From assembly GCA_903871605.1 (NCBI GenBank), contig CAIQHF010000043.1:34721-98720 (forward strand): a DNA stretch of 64,000 nt, read 5' to 3'. Below, piece by piece: positions 38,503-50,911 of this stretch. Below the pieces are notes generated by a model, which saw only the letters and a program-made list of their open reading frames with translations, was not told where the DNA came from and did no database searches. A program made the translations under genes and the position numbers. Positions within the stretch are counted from its first letter, which is position 1. Every line of letters begins with the position of its first letter. Source of the DNA: an uncultured Sphingomonadaceae bacterium. Lineage in GTDB: Bacteria > Pseudomonadota > Alphaproteobacteria > Sphingomonadales > Sphingomonadaceae.

Positions 38503-39558
38503 TCAGGCGAACACGTCGCCGTCCATGAGCTTGCGCGCCGTTCTGAGCAGTGCGGCGCTGGTGACGGTGCCGTCCGCCGAGAGATTGAGCACGCAACTCA
38601 TCTCGCCGGTGGGATGCTCGACCGATAGCGTCTTCCTCGGGCCATCGGCCACGACGGCAACCGCGGCGGCCGGCGAGCCATCGATCAGGCATGCGGTCGC
38701 AACGCTCACCGCTGCCAGTACGCCGATGGTCGCGTGCGCACGATGCGGGATGAAGCTGCGAACCGTGATGCTGCCGCCGAAGCGCGGCTCGGCCACGAGC
38801 ATGACCTTCGGGACACTCTGCGCACGCACGTCCCCGAGGTTCATCATCGGGCCTGCCTTGAGGCGGATGGCCTCGATGCGCGCCTTGAGTTCGGTCGCGC
38901 CGTCGAGCAGGTCGCGATCCTCATAGCCGGTGACGCCGACATCGACCGCCTTGAGCACGATGCAGGGCATGCCGTTGTCGATCAGCGTGCACGCAACGCC
39001 GTCGATGCGGTCGACGGCGTTCCCCGTCGGCAGGAGCGCGCCGCAGGTCGATCCCGCGGTATCGCGGAATTCGAGCGGGATCGGCGCGGACGTGCCGGGC
39101 ACGCCGTCGATCTTCGCCGAGCCCGCATAGCTGACGCGACCGCCAGGCGTCGCGACGGTCGCGACCGCGACCTGCGCGGTATTCGCCATATAGATGGCGA
39201 CGCGCGTCTCGTCGCCGGCCGCGTCGACGAGCCCGCGCTCGATCGCGAACGGCCCGACACCGGCGAGCATATTCCCGCAATTCTGCGTGTCCGCGACGAT
39301 CGCACGATCGACGAATATCTGCAGGAAGAGATAATCGATATCCACGTCGTCGCGATCCGAGCGCGAGACGATCGCCACCTTCGAGGTCAGCGGATCGGCG
39401 CCGCCCATGCCGTCGATCTGCCGGGCATCGGGGGATCCCATGATCCTGAGCAGGAAGGCATCGCGTGCGGCAACGTCGGCCGGCAGGTCGGACGCGAGGA
39501 AGAACGCCCCCTTGGAGGTGCCCCCGCGCATCCACATGCACGGCACGCCCTCATTCAT
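38503..39558 (-). CDS. ligU: 4-oxalomesaconate tautomerase (PrpF family; GalD/LigU)
   Basis: [34 protein letters not shown]. Confidence 0.92.
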   Translation of the reverse strand: MNEGVPCMWMRGGTSKGAFFLASDLPADVAARDAFLLRIMGSPDARQIDGMGGADPLTSKVAIVSRSDRDDVDIDYLFLQIFVDRAIVADTQNCGNMLAGVGPFAIERGLVDAAGDETRVAIYMANTAQVAVATVATPGGRVSYAGSAKIDGVPGTSAPIPLEFRDTAGSTCGALLPTGNAVDRIDGVACTLIDNGMPCIVLKAVDVGVTGYEDRDLLDGATELKARIEAIRLKAGPMMNLGDVRAQSVPKVMLVAEPRFGGSITVRSFIPHRAHATIGVLAAVSVATACLIDGSPAAAVAVVADGPRKTLSVEHPTGEMSCVLNLSADGTVTSAALLRTARKLMDGDVFA

Positions 39559-40225
39559 ATCGCAGCCCCAGACCCGCAAGCTTGGCGCGCATGGCGTAGA
39601 TGTCGAGCCCGAGTTCGCCGGCCGCCAGCCTGTCGCGCTTCGACGCCTCGTTGGCTTCGCGCGCCTCCGCCGCCTCGAGCACGGCGGTCGCCGCCTCGCG
39701 CGGCACGACGCAGACCCCGTCGTCGTCGGCGACGACGATATCGCCCGCATTGACCAGCGCGCCGGCGCAGACGATCGGGACGTTGACCGATCCCAGCGTC
39801 GCCTTGACGGTGCCCTGCGCGGAGACCGCCTTCGACCAGACCGGGAACCCCATCCGCGTCAGATCGCGAATGTCGCGCACGCCGGCGTCGATGATCAGCC
39901 CGCGGCACCCCCGCGCCATCGCGGACGTCGCGAGGAGATCCCCGAAATACCCGTCCGTGCAGGGGCTGGTCGGCGCCAGCACGAGGATGTCGCCCTCCCG
40001 CACTTGCTCGATCGCGACGTGCAGCATCCAGTTGTCGCCCGGGGGCGCCGAGATCGTCACCGCCGATCCCGCGATGCGCGCGCCGGGATAGATCGGCCGC
40101 ATATGGCTCGCGAGCAACCCGGTACGGCCCTGCGCTTCATGAACCGTCGCCACGCCAGCGCCCGCCAGCCCGGCGATCGTGCCGACGTCCGCGCGGTGGA
40201 TGTTCTGGATGACGCGTCCGGCCAT
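39551..40225 (-). CDS. ligK: 4-carboxy-4-hydroxy-2-oxoadipate aldolase (LigK/GalC)
   Basis: [34 protein letters not shown]. Confidence 0.93.
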   Translation of the reverse strand: MAGRVIQNIHRADVGTIAGLAGAGVATVHEAQGRTGLLASHMRPIYPGARIAGSAVTISAPPGDNWMLHVAIEQVREGDILVLAPTSPCTDGYFGDLLATSAMARGCRGLIIDAGVRDIRDLTRMGFPVWSKAVSAQGTVKATLGSVNVPIVCAGALVNAGDIVVADDDGVCVVPREAATAVLEAAEAREANEASKRDRLAAGELGLDIYAMRAKLAGLGLRYE

Positions 40226-40281
40226 TGTGGCTCTCCCGTGGCAAGCCTCCCAATTCACGATGGCGCCTGACGTGACCAATC

Positions 40282-40313
40282 GATAGGCTGGCGGGCGATA
40301 AGCATAAGCTAAT
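40282..40313. promoter_or_regulatory. Candidate LysR box in the ligK/ligR divergent promoter
   Basis: ATAGGC/ATAAGC/ATAAGC repeats; T-N11-A in TAAGCATAAGCTA. Confidence 0.35.
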
Positions 40314-40321
40314 GGGACGCG

Positions 40322-41527
40322 ATGGACCCGTTCGAACTCAACCTTCGCCATCTGCGCGCCTTGGGCGCGATCATCCGCCTGCGCAGCATGCGGGCGGCGG
40401 CCGACGAGGTCGGCATGTCGCAACCGGCGCTGACGCAAGGGCTGGCCAAGCTCGAGCAGCGGCTCGGCGTCGTGCTGTTCGATCGACGTTCCGACGGCGT
40501 CGAGCCAACCGAGGCGGGGCGGATCGTGGCTGGCCGCGCGGCGTCCGCCTTCGCGCATCTGGCCAAGGCCGCCAAGGGCGACATGCGAACCAGCGCACGC
40601 GGCTTTTCCCACCCGGAGTGGCTGATGACCGGAACGCAGTTGCGAGCCTTTCTAGCGGTTGCCGATCATGGCGGTTTTGCCGGCGCCGCTCGCGCGACCG
40701 GGATGGCCCCTCCCTCCTTGCACCGCGCGGTTCGCGATCTCGAACAGATCGGCCGGATGTCGCTTCTCGAGAATCACGGCCGCGGCGTTCAGCTGAGTCC
40801 GGCCGGGCGGCGCCTGGCGCGCGGCGTGCGCCTCGCCGCGTCCGAGATCGCCGCCGCCATTGCCGAGGCGGCGGGCGACGATGGGGGGCTCGATGGCGGT
40901 ATCGTGCTGGGCGCCATGCCGCTGGCCCGCGCCCGCGTTCTTCCCGCCGCCATCGCGACGTTCCTGAACGGGACGCCGCGGTGCGACATCCGCATCGTCG
41001 AGGGCTCGTGGCGCGAACTGGTCGAGCCCCTGCATGACGGGATCATCGACTTCATGATCGGCGCGCTGCGCGACGAACTGCCCGCCGATCTCGAGCAGCG
41101 CCCGCTCTTCGAGGACGGACTGGTGGTCGTCGGCCGTGCCGCGCATCCGCTGGCGGGCCGGACTCCCACGATCGCCGACCTGAGGCGGTTCGAATGGGTA
41201 TTGCCATCGGCCGGCACGCCGCTGCGCGCGCAGTGGACGGCCCTGTTCGAAGGCGGCGATCCGCCGGCGACGCCTGTCGAATGCGGCTCGATCATGGTGA
41301 TACGCGGCATCCTCGCCGGCACCGATCTGCTCACGCTGCTGTCGCCCGATCAGGTCAGCGTCGAGACCGAGGCCGGCCTCTTGACCCAGATCGGCCAACC
41401 GATCGCGCGCGGTGTCCGCGCCATCGGCGTGACCTCGCGGCGCGGGTGGCGTCCCCGTGCCATCCAGAGGCGCTTCCTGGACGCGCTCGACCGCGCCGCG
41501 CAATCGACAATTCGGGAAAACCTATAG
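40322..41527 (+). CDS. ligR: LysR-type regulator with two HTH domains (LigR/GalR type)
   Basis: Two LysR HTH segments (LRHLRAL..SQPALT and [13 protein letters not shown]) then a substrate domain; divergent from ligK. Confidence 0.88.
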   Translation: MDPFELNLRHLRALGAIIRLRSMRAAADEVGMSQPALTQGLAKLEQRLGVVLFDRRSDGVEPTEAGRIVAGRAASAFAHLAKAAKGDMRTSARGFSHPEWLMTGTQLRAFLAVADHGGFAGAARATGMAPPSLHRAVRDLEQIGRMSLLENHGRGVQLSPAGRRLARGVRLAASEIAAAIAEAAGDDGGLDGGIVLGAMPLARARVLPAAIATFLNGTPRCDIRIVEGSWRELVEPLHDGIIDFMIGALRDELPADLEQRPLFEDGLVVVGRAAHPLAGRTPTIADLRRFEWVLPSAGTPLRAQWTALFEGGDPPATPVECGSIMVIRGILAGTDLLTLLSPDQVSVETEAGLLTQIGQPIARGVRAIGVTSRRGWRPRAIQRRFLDALDRAAQSTIRENL

Positions 41528-41579
41528 CCAACGAGAGTTGTGATTGGGCGGGCGCGCCAACCCCGATTAGGCGCTGTGC

Positions 41580-42470
41580 ATGGACATGCAGACGACCGCG
41601 ATGATCGGCTTCGGCGAGGCGGCGCAGGCGTTCGCGGGGACGATGATCGGCGCGCGCATCGGCTATGACCGCAAGACCGACAGCGCCGGCACGCGTGCCG
41701 ACAAGCTCGCGGACGGCGTCCGGCTCGGCATAACGCTCGCCGAGAGCAATGCGCGCGCGACCGCCGCGGCCGACCTCATCCTGTCGCTGGTCACCGCCGA
41801 TCAGGCACTGGCCGCGGCCGAGGAGACGGCGCGCAGCATTCTTCCGGGCAGCATCTATTTCGATATGAACTCGGTGGCGCCCGATACCAAGCGCGCCGCC
41901 GCGCTCGCGATCGCGAATGGCGGAGGGCGGTACGTCGATGTCGCGGTGATGGCGCCCGTCCATCCCGCCCGGCTCGCCGTCCCGCTGCTCGTCGGCGGGC
42001 CGTCGGCGCAGGACGGCGCCGCGATGCTGCAGCGGATCGGCTTCGCGAACGTGCGCGTGGTCGGCGACGAAATCGGCGCGGCCAGCGCGATCAAGATGAT
42101 CCGCTCGGTCATGGTCAAGGGGATCGAGGCGCTGACGGCGGAATGCCTGCTCGCCGCCGATCTGGCCGGCGTGCGAGAGGAGGTGATCGCCTCGCTCGAT
42201 GCGAGCCGGACCGGCGCCGACTGGGACAGGCGTGGCGACTATAATCTCGATCGCATGCTCGCGCACGGCCTGCGCCGCGCCGCCGAGATGGACGAGGTGG
42301 TCAAGACGATCGAGGCGCTCGGCATGACGGCGACCATGTCGCGAAGCACCGTTGCTCGCCAGCGCGAGATCGGCGGGTTCGGCCTGCCGTCGCCCGTCGG
42401 GCTCGACCGCAAGCTTGAGCAGTTGCGACCGCTGCTGTCCCATCACGACGAAGGGAGGAGACGCGCATGA
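41580..42470 (+). CDS. NAD(P)-dependent oxidoreductase (3-hydroxyisobutyrate/6-PGDH family)
   Basis: IGFGEAA Rossmann motif, DMNSVAP, IKMIRSVMVKG. Confidence 0.85.
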   Translation: MDMQTTAMIGFGEAAQAFAGTMIGARIGYDRKTDSAGTRADKLADGVRLGITLAESNARATAAADLILSLVTADQALAAAEETARSILPGSIYFDMNSVAPDTKRAAALAIANGGGRYVDVAVMAPVHPARLAVPLLVGGPSAQDGAAMLQRIGFANVRVVGDEIGAASAIKMIRSVMVKGIEALTAECLLAADLAGVREEVIASLDASRTGADWDRRGDYNLDRMLAHGLRRAAEMDEVVKTIEALGMTATMSRSTVARQREIGGFGLPSPVGLDRKLEQLRPLLSHHDEGRRRA

Positions 42471-43492
42471 CGCTGATCATCGACTGCCACGGCCATTACA
42501 CGACCGCGCCTCCCGCGCATGACGCCTGGCGGGAAAGCCAGGTCGCCGCCTGGAAGGCGGGCGAGTCCGCGCCTCCCTATCCGCCGATCTCCGACGACGA
42601 TATTCGCGAGACGATCGAGCGGAATCAGCTACGCCTGCTGCGCGAGCGCGGCGCGGACATGACGATCTTCAGCCCGCGTGCCTCGACGATGGCGCCGCAT
42701 GTCGGCGACGCGGCGGTGGCGACGCAGTGGGCGCGCGTGTCGAACGACCTGATCGCGCGCGTCTGCGGCCTCTATCCCGACATCTTCGCCGGGGTGTGCA
42801 TGCTGCCGCAGAGCCCCACAGGGGACCTTGCCGGATCGATCGCCGAGCTCGAGCGATGCACGACCGAACTCGGCTTCGTCGGGTGCAACCTCAATCCCGA
42901 TCCGGGCGGTGGACACTTCACCGCGCCGCCGCTGACCGATCGCTTCTGGTATCCCTTCTACGAGAAGATGGTCGAGCTCGACGTGCCCGCGATGATCCAC
43001 GTCTCGGGCAGCTGCAATCCCGGACTGCATGCGACAGGTGGCTATTATATCGCCGCCGATACCATCGCGTTCATGCAACTCCTCCAGGGCGATCTGTTCG
43101 CCGATTTTCCGACACTCCGGTTGATCATCCCGCATGGCGGGGGCGCGGTGCCCTATCATTGGGGCCGGTATCGCGGCCTCGCCGACATGCTCAAACAGCC
43201 GAGCCTCGACGCGCACCTCATGAACAACGTCTTTTTCGACACCTGCGTCTATCACCAGCCCGGCATCGACCTGCTCGCCGACGTGATCGATACCAAGAAC
43301 ATCCTGTTCGGATCGGAGATGGTCGGCGCGGTGCGCGGCATCGATCCCCAGACCGGCCATTATTTCGACGACACCAAACGCTATGTCGACGCGCTGCCGA
43401 TCACCGACGAACGGCGGCACGCGATCTTCGAGGGCAATGCCCGCCGCGTCTATCCGCGCCTCGATGCGCGTTTGCGCGAACGCGGATTGTAG
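42467..43492 (+). CDS. ligJ: 4-oxalomesaconate hydratase (amidohydrolase fold)
   Basis: MTLIIDCHGHYTTAP, IFSPRASTMAPH, NILFGSEMVGAVRGIDP. Confidence 0.93.
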   Translation: MTLIIDCHGHYTTAPPAHDAWRESQVAAWKAGESAPPYPPISDDDIRETIERNQLRLLRERGADMTIFSPRASTMAPHVGDAAVATQWARVSNDLIARVCGLYPDIFAGVCMLPQSPTGDLAGSIAELERCTTELGFVGCNLNPDPGGGHFTAPPLTDRFWYPFYEKMVELDVPAMIHVSGSCNPGLHATGGYYIAADTIAFMQLLQGDLFADFPTLRLIIPHGGGAVPYHWGRYRGLADMLKQPSLDAHLMNNVFFDTCVYHQPGIDLLADVIDTKNILFGSEMVGAVRGIDPQTGHYFDDTKRYVDALPITDERRHAIFEGNARRVYPRLDARLRERGL

Positions 43493-43599
43493 GCGCCGAT
43501 GCCATGCCGGAGGCGGCGCACGCCCGGGTCACCCCCTCGGCGTTGCCGGAGCAGAGTTGTTCGAACGCCGGCCTGACCGTTCTGACTAACGCTGCCGTC

Positions 43600-44481
43600 T
43601 CAACGGCTGACATGGTCGGCACGGTAGGCGCGCGGCGATCGCCCGACCCGTTGCGAGAAGAACCGCGAAAAATAGGCCGCATCGGGCAGCCCCAAGCTGT
43701 CCGCAATCTCCGCGACCGACAGATTGGAGTAAAGCAAGGCGCGCTGCGCCTCGACGACCGCGCGCTGGTCGAGGATTTGCATCGGCGATTGCTGCGCGAC
43801 GACAGCGCAGGCTGCCCGGAGGCGCGTTGGGCTGGTGCGCAACGCCTGCGCGTGGATGGCTACCCGTTCACGCAACCGGAAGCGTGCTTCGACGCGTTCG
43901 CGATACCGCGCGACCAGCGCCGCCTGTCGACCAGGAGCACTGCGATGGACCTCGGTCTGCGTCCCGATCGCACGCAAGGCGCTTACCAGAATGTCGAGCA
44001 AGCCGGACTCGGCGGCAGCCCTGTGCCCCGGCGCCGCCCAGCCGAGCTCGGCCATCAGCCGCTTGCCCGTACGCGCATAGCGCTCTGAGTCAGGGGCATT
44101 GATCGTTACGGCGGCGGCGGACTGGAACAGGACAGACAGCGCCGGGTCAGTCTCCCTCAGATGCTCGAGATAGTTGCTCGAGACAGTGATTACCGTACCC
44201 TTGGACTCAGAGGTCCAGCTAAATCCGTGGACGATACCGGCAGGGACGAGCAGCAGGCATGGCGCCTGGAAAGACAGCATCACATTCTCTGCCTGCATCG
44301 CCCCGCCGCCTTCGGCGATGTGAAAGACGTGGTTGAGATCGGCATGCGCATGCGGGCGGATCGTCCACTCGCTGGCGCGCGAGCGATCGTCGAGACTTTC
44401 GACATGGACGAAACGGCCGTCGGCCACGCGATGCGGCTCCCCGTAGAGATAGAATCTCGGTATCACGGCGGCGGGATCCAT
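43600..44481 (-). CDS. pobR: AraC-family 4-hydroxybenzoate regulator
   Basis: IPRFYLYGE, HAHADL, DAAYFSRFF; divergent from pobA. Confidence 0.82.
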   Translation of the reverse strand: MDPAAVIPRFYLYGEPHRVADGRFVHVESLDDRSRASEWTIRPHAHADLNHVFHIAEGGGAMQAENVMLSFQAPCLLLVPAGIVHGFSWTSESKGTVITVSSNYLEHLRETDPALSVLFQSAAAVTINAPDSERYARTGKRLMAELGWAAPGHRAAAESGLLDILVSALRAIGTQTEVHRSAPGRQAALVARYRERVEARFRLRERVAIHAQALRTSPTRLRAACAVVAQQSPMQILDQRAVVEAQRALLYSNLSVAEIADSLGLPDAAYFSRFFSQRVGRSPRAYRADHVSR

Positions 44482-44544
44482 ACGCGGCAAGCTCCGACGA
44501 AAAGATGGGCGGATTGTCCAATATTTCCTTCGCTCCGTCCATAG

Positions 44545-46510
<1,966 letters not shown>

Positions 46511-46511
<1 letters not shown>

Positions 46512-47173
46512 TGGCTTGGTCAAGAGAACAGGTCGCCGCCCGCGCCGCGCAGGAGCTCGAGGACGGCTTCTACGTCAATTTGGGCATCGGCATCCCGACG
46601 CTGGTCGCCAACTATATTCCCGACGGCATCGACGTCACGCTGCAGTCGGAGAACGGCATGCTCGGCATGGGGCCTTTCCCCTATGAGGGCGAAGCCGACC
46701 CCGACCTGATCAACGCCGGCAAGCAGACGATCACCGCGCTGCCGACCTCGAGCTTCTTCTCGTCCGCCGACAGCTTCGCGATGATCCGCGGCGGGCATAT
46801 CGACTTGACCGTGCTCGGCGCGATGGAGGTGTCGGCGAATGGCGACATCGCCAACTGGACGATCCCCGGCAAGATGGTGAAGGGCATGGGCGGTGCGATG
46901 GACCTCGTCGCCGGCGTCGAGCGCGTCGTCGTCGTGATGGATCACGCCAACAAGCATGGCGAACCCAAGATCCTCGATCGCTGCACGCTGCCGCTGACCG
47001 GCGCGGGCGTGGTCGACCTGATCGTCACCGACCTGTGCGTGATGGCGTGCGACAAGAAGGCGGGCGGCCTGACGCTGCTCGAGCTGGCGCCGGGCGTCAC
47101 GCTCGACGAGGTGGTCGCCAAGACCGGCGCGCGCTTCGACGCGGGTGCCTTCGCCGCGGAGGCGGTGGCATGA
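46511..47173 (+). CDS. pcaJ: 3-oxoadipate CoA-transferase subunit B
   Basis: NLGIGIP, QSENG catalytic Glu, GMGGAMDL. Confidence 0.9.
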
Positions 47174-47883
47174 GCGACGTCATCCCCTATGCGCGCGAGG
47201 ATGCGGGATCGCCGCCGTCGCTCTTCCCCGACTATGGCTCCACGGTCGCGCGCAGCCCGCGCGAGCCGCTGATCCGCGTTCCCCAGACGCTGACCGAGGT
47301 CACCGGCCCGAGCGGCTGGGACCAGCTAATGGGTCCCGCGCTCGCCGACCTCACCACGCAGCACAAAAGCCCGCCGCTGGGCCAGCGCATCATCGTCACC
47401 GGCCGCGTGCTCGACGAGGCGGGCAGGCCCGTTCCCTATACCGTGATGGAGATCTGGCAGGCCAATGCCGCGGGCCGCTACATCCACAGCAAGGACAATT
47501 GGGATGCGCCGCTCGATCCGCACTTCACCGGCGCCGGCCGCGTCGTCACCGATGCCGAGGGGCGCTATCGCTTCATCACCATCCGCCCCGGCGCCTATCC
47601 GTGGGGCAACCACAAAAATGCCTGGCGCCCGGCGCACATCCATCTGTCGCTGCTCGGCCCCGCCTTCGCGACGCGGCTGGTGACGCAGCTCTATTTCCCC
47701 GACGATCCGCTGATCGAGATCGATCCGATCGCCAATGCGGTGCCGATGCCCTATCGCCAGCGCATGGTCTGCCGCTTCGACATCGGCGTCACCGAGCCCA
47801 ATTGGGCGCTGGGCTATGTCTTCGACGTCGTGCTCAAGGGCCGCAACCAGACCCCGTTCGAGGAGGGTCAGCATGACCATTGA
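47170..47883 (+). CDS. pcaH: Protocatechuate 3,4-dioxygenase beta subunit
   Basis: [34 protein letters not shown]. Confidence 0.95.
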   Translation: MSDVIPYAREDAGSPPSLFPDYGSTVARSPREPLIRVPQTLTEVTGPSGWDQLMGPALADLTTQHKSPPLGQRIIVTGRVLDEAGRPVPYTVMEIWQANAAGRYIHSKDNWDAPLDPHFTGAGRVVTDAEGRYRFITIRPGAYPWGNHKNAWRPAHIHLSLLGPAFATRLVTQLYFPDDPLIEIDPIANAVPMPYRQRMVCRFDIGVTEPNWALGYVFDVVLKGRNQTPFEEGQHDH

Positions 47884-48568
47884 TCCCGCCGACCGCGTCA
47901 CCGCACCGCGCCTCGACAACCAGGATTCCGCCCTGTTCGGGCAAACCCCGTCGCAGACCGTCGGGCCGTTCTTCCATTACGGGCTGCCCTGGAAGGGCGG
48001 CGCCGATCTGGTCGGCAAGTCCGACATGGGCGCGCGGCCCGAGCTCTTCCCCGAAGACCATTATGTCCTCAACCTCTCGTCGCCGACGGGCACGCCCGAA
48101 GGCGAGGTGATCGAGGTCGCCGGGCGCGTGATCGACGGCCACGGCGAGATTGTCTCCGATGCGATGATCGAGCTTTGGCAGGCCAACGCCGCCGGCCGCT
48201 ACGCCAGCGACGACGACACCCGCGAGGCGGTCCCGCGCGATCCGCACTTCGTCGGGTTCGGCCGCGCCTCGACCGATGCCGACGGCGTCTACCGCTTCCG
48301 CACGATCCGCCCCGGCCGCGTCCCCGGCCCGGGCAACAGTTTGCAGGCGCCGCATCTGGCGCTCTCGGTGTTCGGGCGCGGGCTGATCAAGCGGCTCGCG
48401 ACGCGACTCTATTTCGCCGACGGCGAAGGCAATGACGTCGATCCGATCCTCAATGCGGTCCCCGAAGCGCGGCGTGGCACGCTGGTCGCCGAGCGCAAGG
48501 GCGACGGCAGCTGGTGGCTCGATATCATCCTCAAGGGTGATAATGAGACGGTGTTCTTCGACCTGTGA
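47873..48568 (+). CDS. pcaG: Protocatechuate 3,4-dioxygenase alpha subunit
   Basis: TPSQTVGPFFH, QAPHLALSVFGRG, ETVFFD. Confidence 0.95.
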   Translation: MTIDPADRVTAPRLDNQDSALFGQTPSQTVGPFFHYGLPWKGGADLVGKSDMGARPELFPEDHYVLNLSSPTGTPEGEVIEVAGRVIDGHGEIVSDAMIELWQANAAGRYASDDDTREAVPRDPHFVGFGRASTDADGVYRFRTIRPGRVPGPGNSLQAPHLALSVFGRGLIKRLATRLYFADGEGNDVDPILNAVPEARRGTLVAERKGDGSWWLDIILKGDNETVFFDL

Positions 48569-48578
48569 GGACGCGACC

Positions 48579-49727
48579 GTGACCGATCTGCTGCGGACGC
48601 GCCCGGCGAGCACGCCGGCGATGCTGGCGCTGTTCGACGACGCCGCCACGATCCGCCACGCGCTGGCGTTCGAAGCCGCGCTGGCGCGCGCCGAGGCCGC
48701 CGAAGGATTGATCCCGGGCGAGACCGGCGGGGCGATCGTCGCGGCCTGTTCCGGTCTGGTCATCGACCCTGCCGCGCTTGCCGAGGAGGCGGCGCTCGCG
48801 GGCACGCTGGCGATCCCGCTCGTCAAGCGGCTGCGCGCCGCGGTCGGCGGCGAGGCGGGCGCGGCGGTTCACAAGGGCGCAACCAGCCAGGATGTCGCCG
48901 ACACCGTGCTGATGCTGCAGGTGAAGGCCGGCGTCACGCTGCTCGCGATCGATCTCGACCGCATCTGCGCCGCGCTCTACGCGCTCGCCGGACGCCACGC
49001 CGCGACGCCCGCAATCGGACGGACGCTGCTGCAGGATGCGATGCCGTTGGGCTTCGGATTGCGGCTCGCGCAGGCGGCTGCCGGGATCGACAATGCCGCA
49101 CGGCGGCTCGATGCCGAGGTCGCCGCCAACGCCAAGCTGCAGTTCGGCGGTGCGGCCGGTACGCGCGCCGGGCTCGACGGCAAGGGTGACGCGATCGCGC
49201 GGGCGATGGCGGACGAACTCGGCCTTGCCGCGGGGGTGCCGTGGCAGGCGCGCCGCGTCGGCGTCGCCGCGATCGCCGCGGCGCTCGGTATCGTCATCGG
49301 CGCGCTCGGCAAATTCGCGCGCGACGTCTCGCTGCTCGCACAGAATGCGATCGGCGAGGCACGCGAGCCCGCGATCGCCGGGCGCGGCGGTTCGTCCGCG
49401 ATGGCGCACAAGCGCAACCCGACCGGTTGCCAGGTCGCGCTCTCGGCCGCGATCCGCGCGCCGGGGCTGGTCGCTACGATCCTCGGCGGGCTGCCGCAGG
49501 AGGAGGAGCGCGGGCTCGGCGGCTGGCAGGCCGAGGGCCCGGCGCTCGCCGACCTGTTCCTGCTCGCCTCGGGCAGCGCCGCCGCGATGGCGACCGTCGC
49601 CGGGGGGCTGGAGATCGACGAGGCCGCGATCGCGCGCAACCTTGCCGCCGCCGATGTCGGCTCCGACATCGGCGAATCCGAGGCGATCGTCGCCGCGATC
49701 CTCGCCCACCACAGAAAGCCTGCCTGA
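48579..49727 (+). CDS. pcaB: 3-carboxy-cis,cis-muconate cycloisomerase (short type)
   Basis: HKGATSQDVADT, GRTLLQ, QFGGAAG, GSSAMAHKRNP; 382 aa. Confidence 0.92.
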   Translation: MTDLLRTRPASTPAMLALFDDAATIRHALAFEAALARAEAAEGLIPGETGGAIVAACSGLVIDPAALAEEAALAGTLAIPLVKRLRAAVGGEAGAAVHKGATSQDVADTVLMLQVKAGVTLLAIDLDRICAALYALAGRHAATPAIGRTLLQDAMPLGFGLRLAQAAAGIDNAARRLDAEVAANAKLQFGGAAGTRAGLDGKGDAIARAMADELGLAAGVPWQARRVGVAAIAAALGIVIGALGKFARDVSLLAQNAIGEAREPAIAGRGGSSAMAHKRNPTGCQVALSAAIRAPGLVATILGGLPQEEERGLGGWQAEGPALADLFLLASGSAAAMATVAGGLEIDEAAIARNLAAADVGSDIGESEAIVAAILAHHRKPA

Positions 49728-50911
49728 TGCCCTTTGCCATGCGCGACGGAGTGCGCCTCTACTGGAAGCTCGACGGCGCCGCCGACAGGCCGCCGCTGGT
49801 GCTGCTCAACTCGATCGGCACCGACATGGCGCTGTGGGACGCCGCGCTGCCGCATCTGCTTCCTGCCTTCCGGCTGCTGCGGATCGACACGCGTGGACAT
49901 GGCGCTTCCGATGCAACCGAAGGCGACTCCAGCATGGCGATGCTCGCCGATGACGTGGCCGCCGTGATGGACGCCGCTGGAATCGCGACGGCGGCGGTCG
50001 CCGGCGTGTCGCTGGGCGGGATGATCGCGATGCAGCTCGCGCTCGACCATCCCGAGCGCGTGTCGGCACTTGCGCTGGTCTGCACCTCGGCGGCGATGGA
50101 CCCGGCCGCCTGGGTGGCGCGGATCGAGACGGTGCGCGCGCAGGGCACCGGCGCGATCGCCGAGATGGCGGTCGGCCGCTTCCTCTCCGCCCCCTTCGCC
50201 GAGCAACACCCCGAGATCGTCGACAGCCTCACGCGCGCGATCATGGCGCAGTCGGACGCGGGCTATGCCGGTGCCGGCGCCGCGATCCGCGACATGGCGC
50301 TCGCCGACCGGATCTCGGCGATCGCCGTCCCGGTGCTCGTCGTCACCGGCGACGCCGACGTCTCGACCCCGTTCGACGGCCATGGCGATCGGCTGCTGGC
50401 CGCACTGCCCACCGCGCACCACGTCGAGCTTGCCTCCGCGCACCTCCCGCCGATCGAGGCCCCCGCCCCGCTCGCCACCGCGCTGCGCCGCTTCCTACAG
50501 CCCGCCACCTCAGCCGACGTCGCCGCCGACATCCTGTTCGAGGCCGGGTTGGTCAATCGCCGGCGCGTGCTGGGCGACGCGTGGGTCGATAAGTCGCTGG
50601 CCGCCCGCACGCCGTTCAACGCCGATTTCCAGGCGATGATCACGCGGATCGCATGGAACGAGATCTGGGGGCGCCCCGGGCTCGACGACCGCACGCGGCG
50701 CCTGCTGGTGCTCGCGATCACCGTCAGCCTCGGCCGCTGGGAGGAGTTCGCGCTCCACGTCCGCGCCGGTCTCGCGCGCGGCGGCTTCACGCGCGACGAG
50801 CTCAAGGAGGTGCTGATGCAGACCGCAATCTATGCGGGCGTCCCCGCCGCCAACACCGCCTTCGCCGAAGCCGGCAAGATCATCGCCGATCTCGACAAGG
50901 ATTCCCAATGA
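49727..50911 (+). CDS. pcaL: Fused 3-oxoadipate enol-lactonase / 4-carboxymuconolactone decarboxylase (PcaD-PcaC)
   Basis: LNSIGTD, GVSLGG, then CMD domain (WGRPGLDDRTR, QTAIYAGVPAAN) in one frame. Confidence 0.92.
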   Translation: MPFAMRDGVRLYWKLDGAADRPPLVLLNSIGTDMALWDAALPHLLPAFRLLRIDTRGHGASDATEGDSSMAMLADDVAAVMDAAGIATAAVAGVSLGGMIAMQLALDHPERVSALALVCTSAAMDPAAWVARIETVRAQGTGAIAEMAVGRFLSAPFAEQHPEIVDSLTRAIMAQSDAGYAGAGAAIRDMALADRISAIAVPVLVVTGDADVSTPFDGHGDRLLAALPTAHHVELASAHLPPIEAPAPLATALRRFLQPATSADVAADILFEAGLVNRRRVLGDAWVDKSLAARTPFNADFQAMITRIAWNEIWGRPGLDDRTRRLLVLAITVSLGRWEEFALHVRAGLARGGFTRDELKEVLMQTAIYAGVPAANTAFAEAGKIIADLDKDSQ

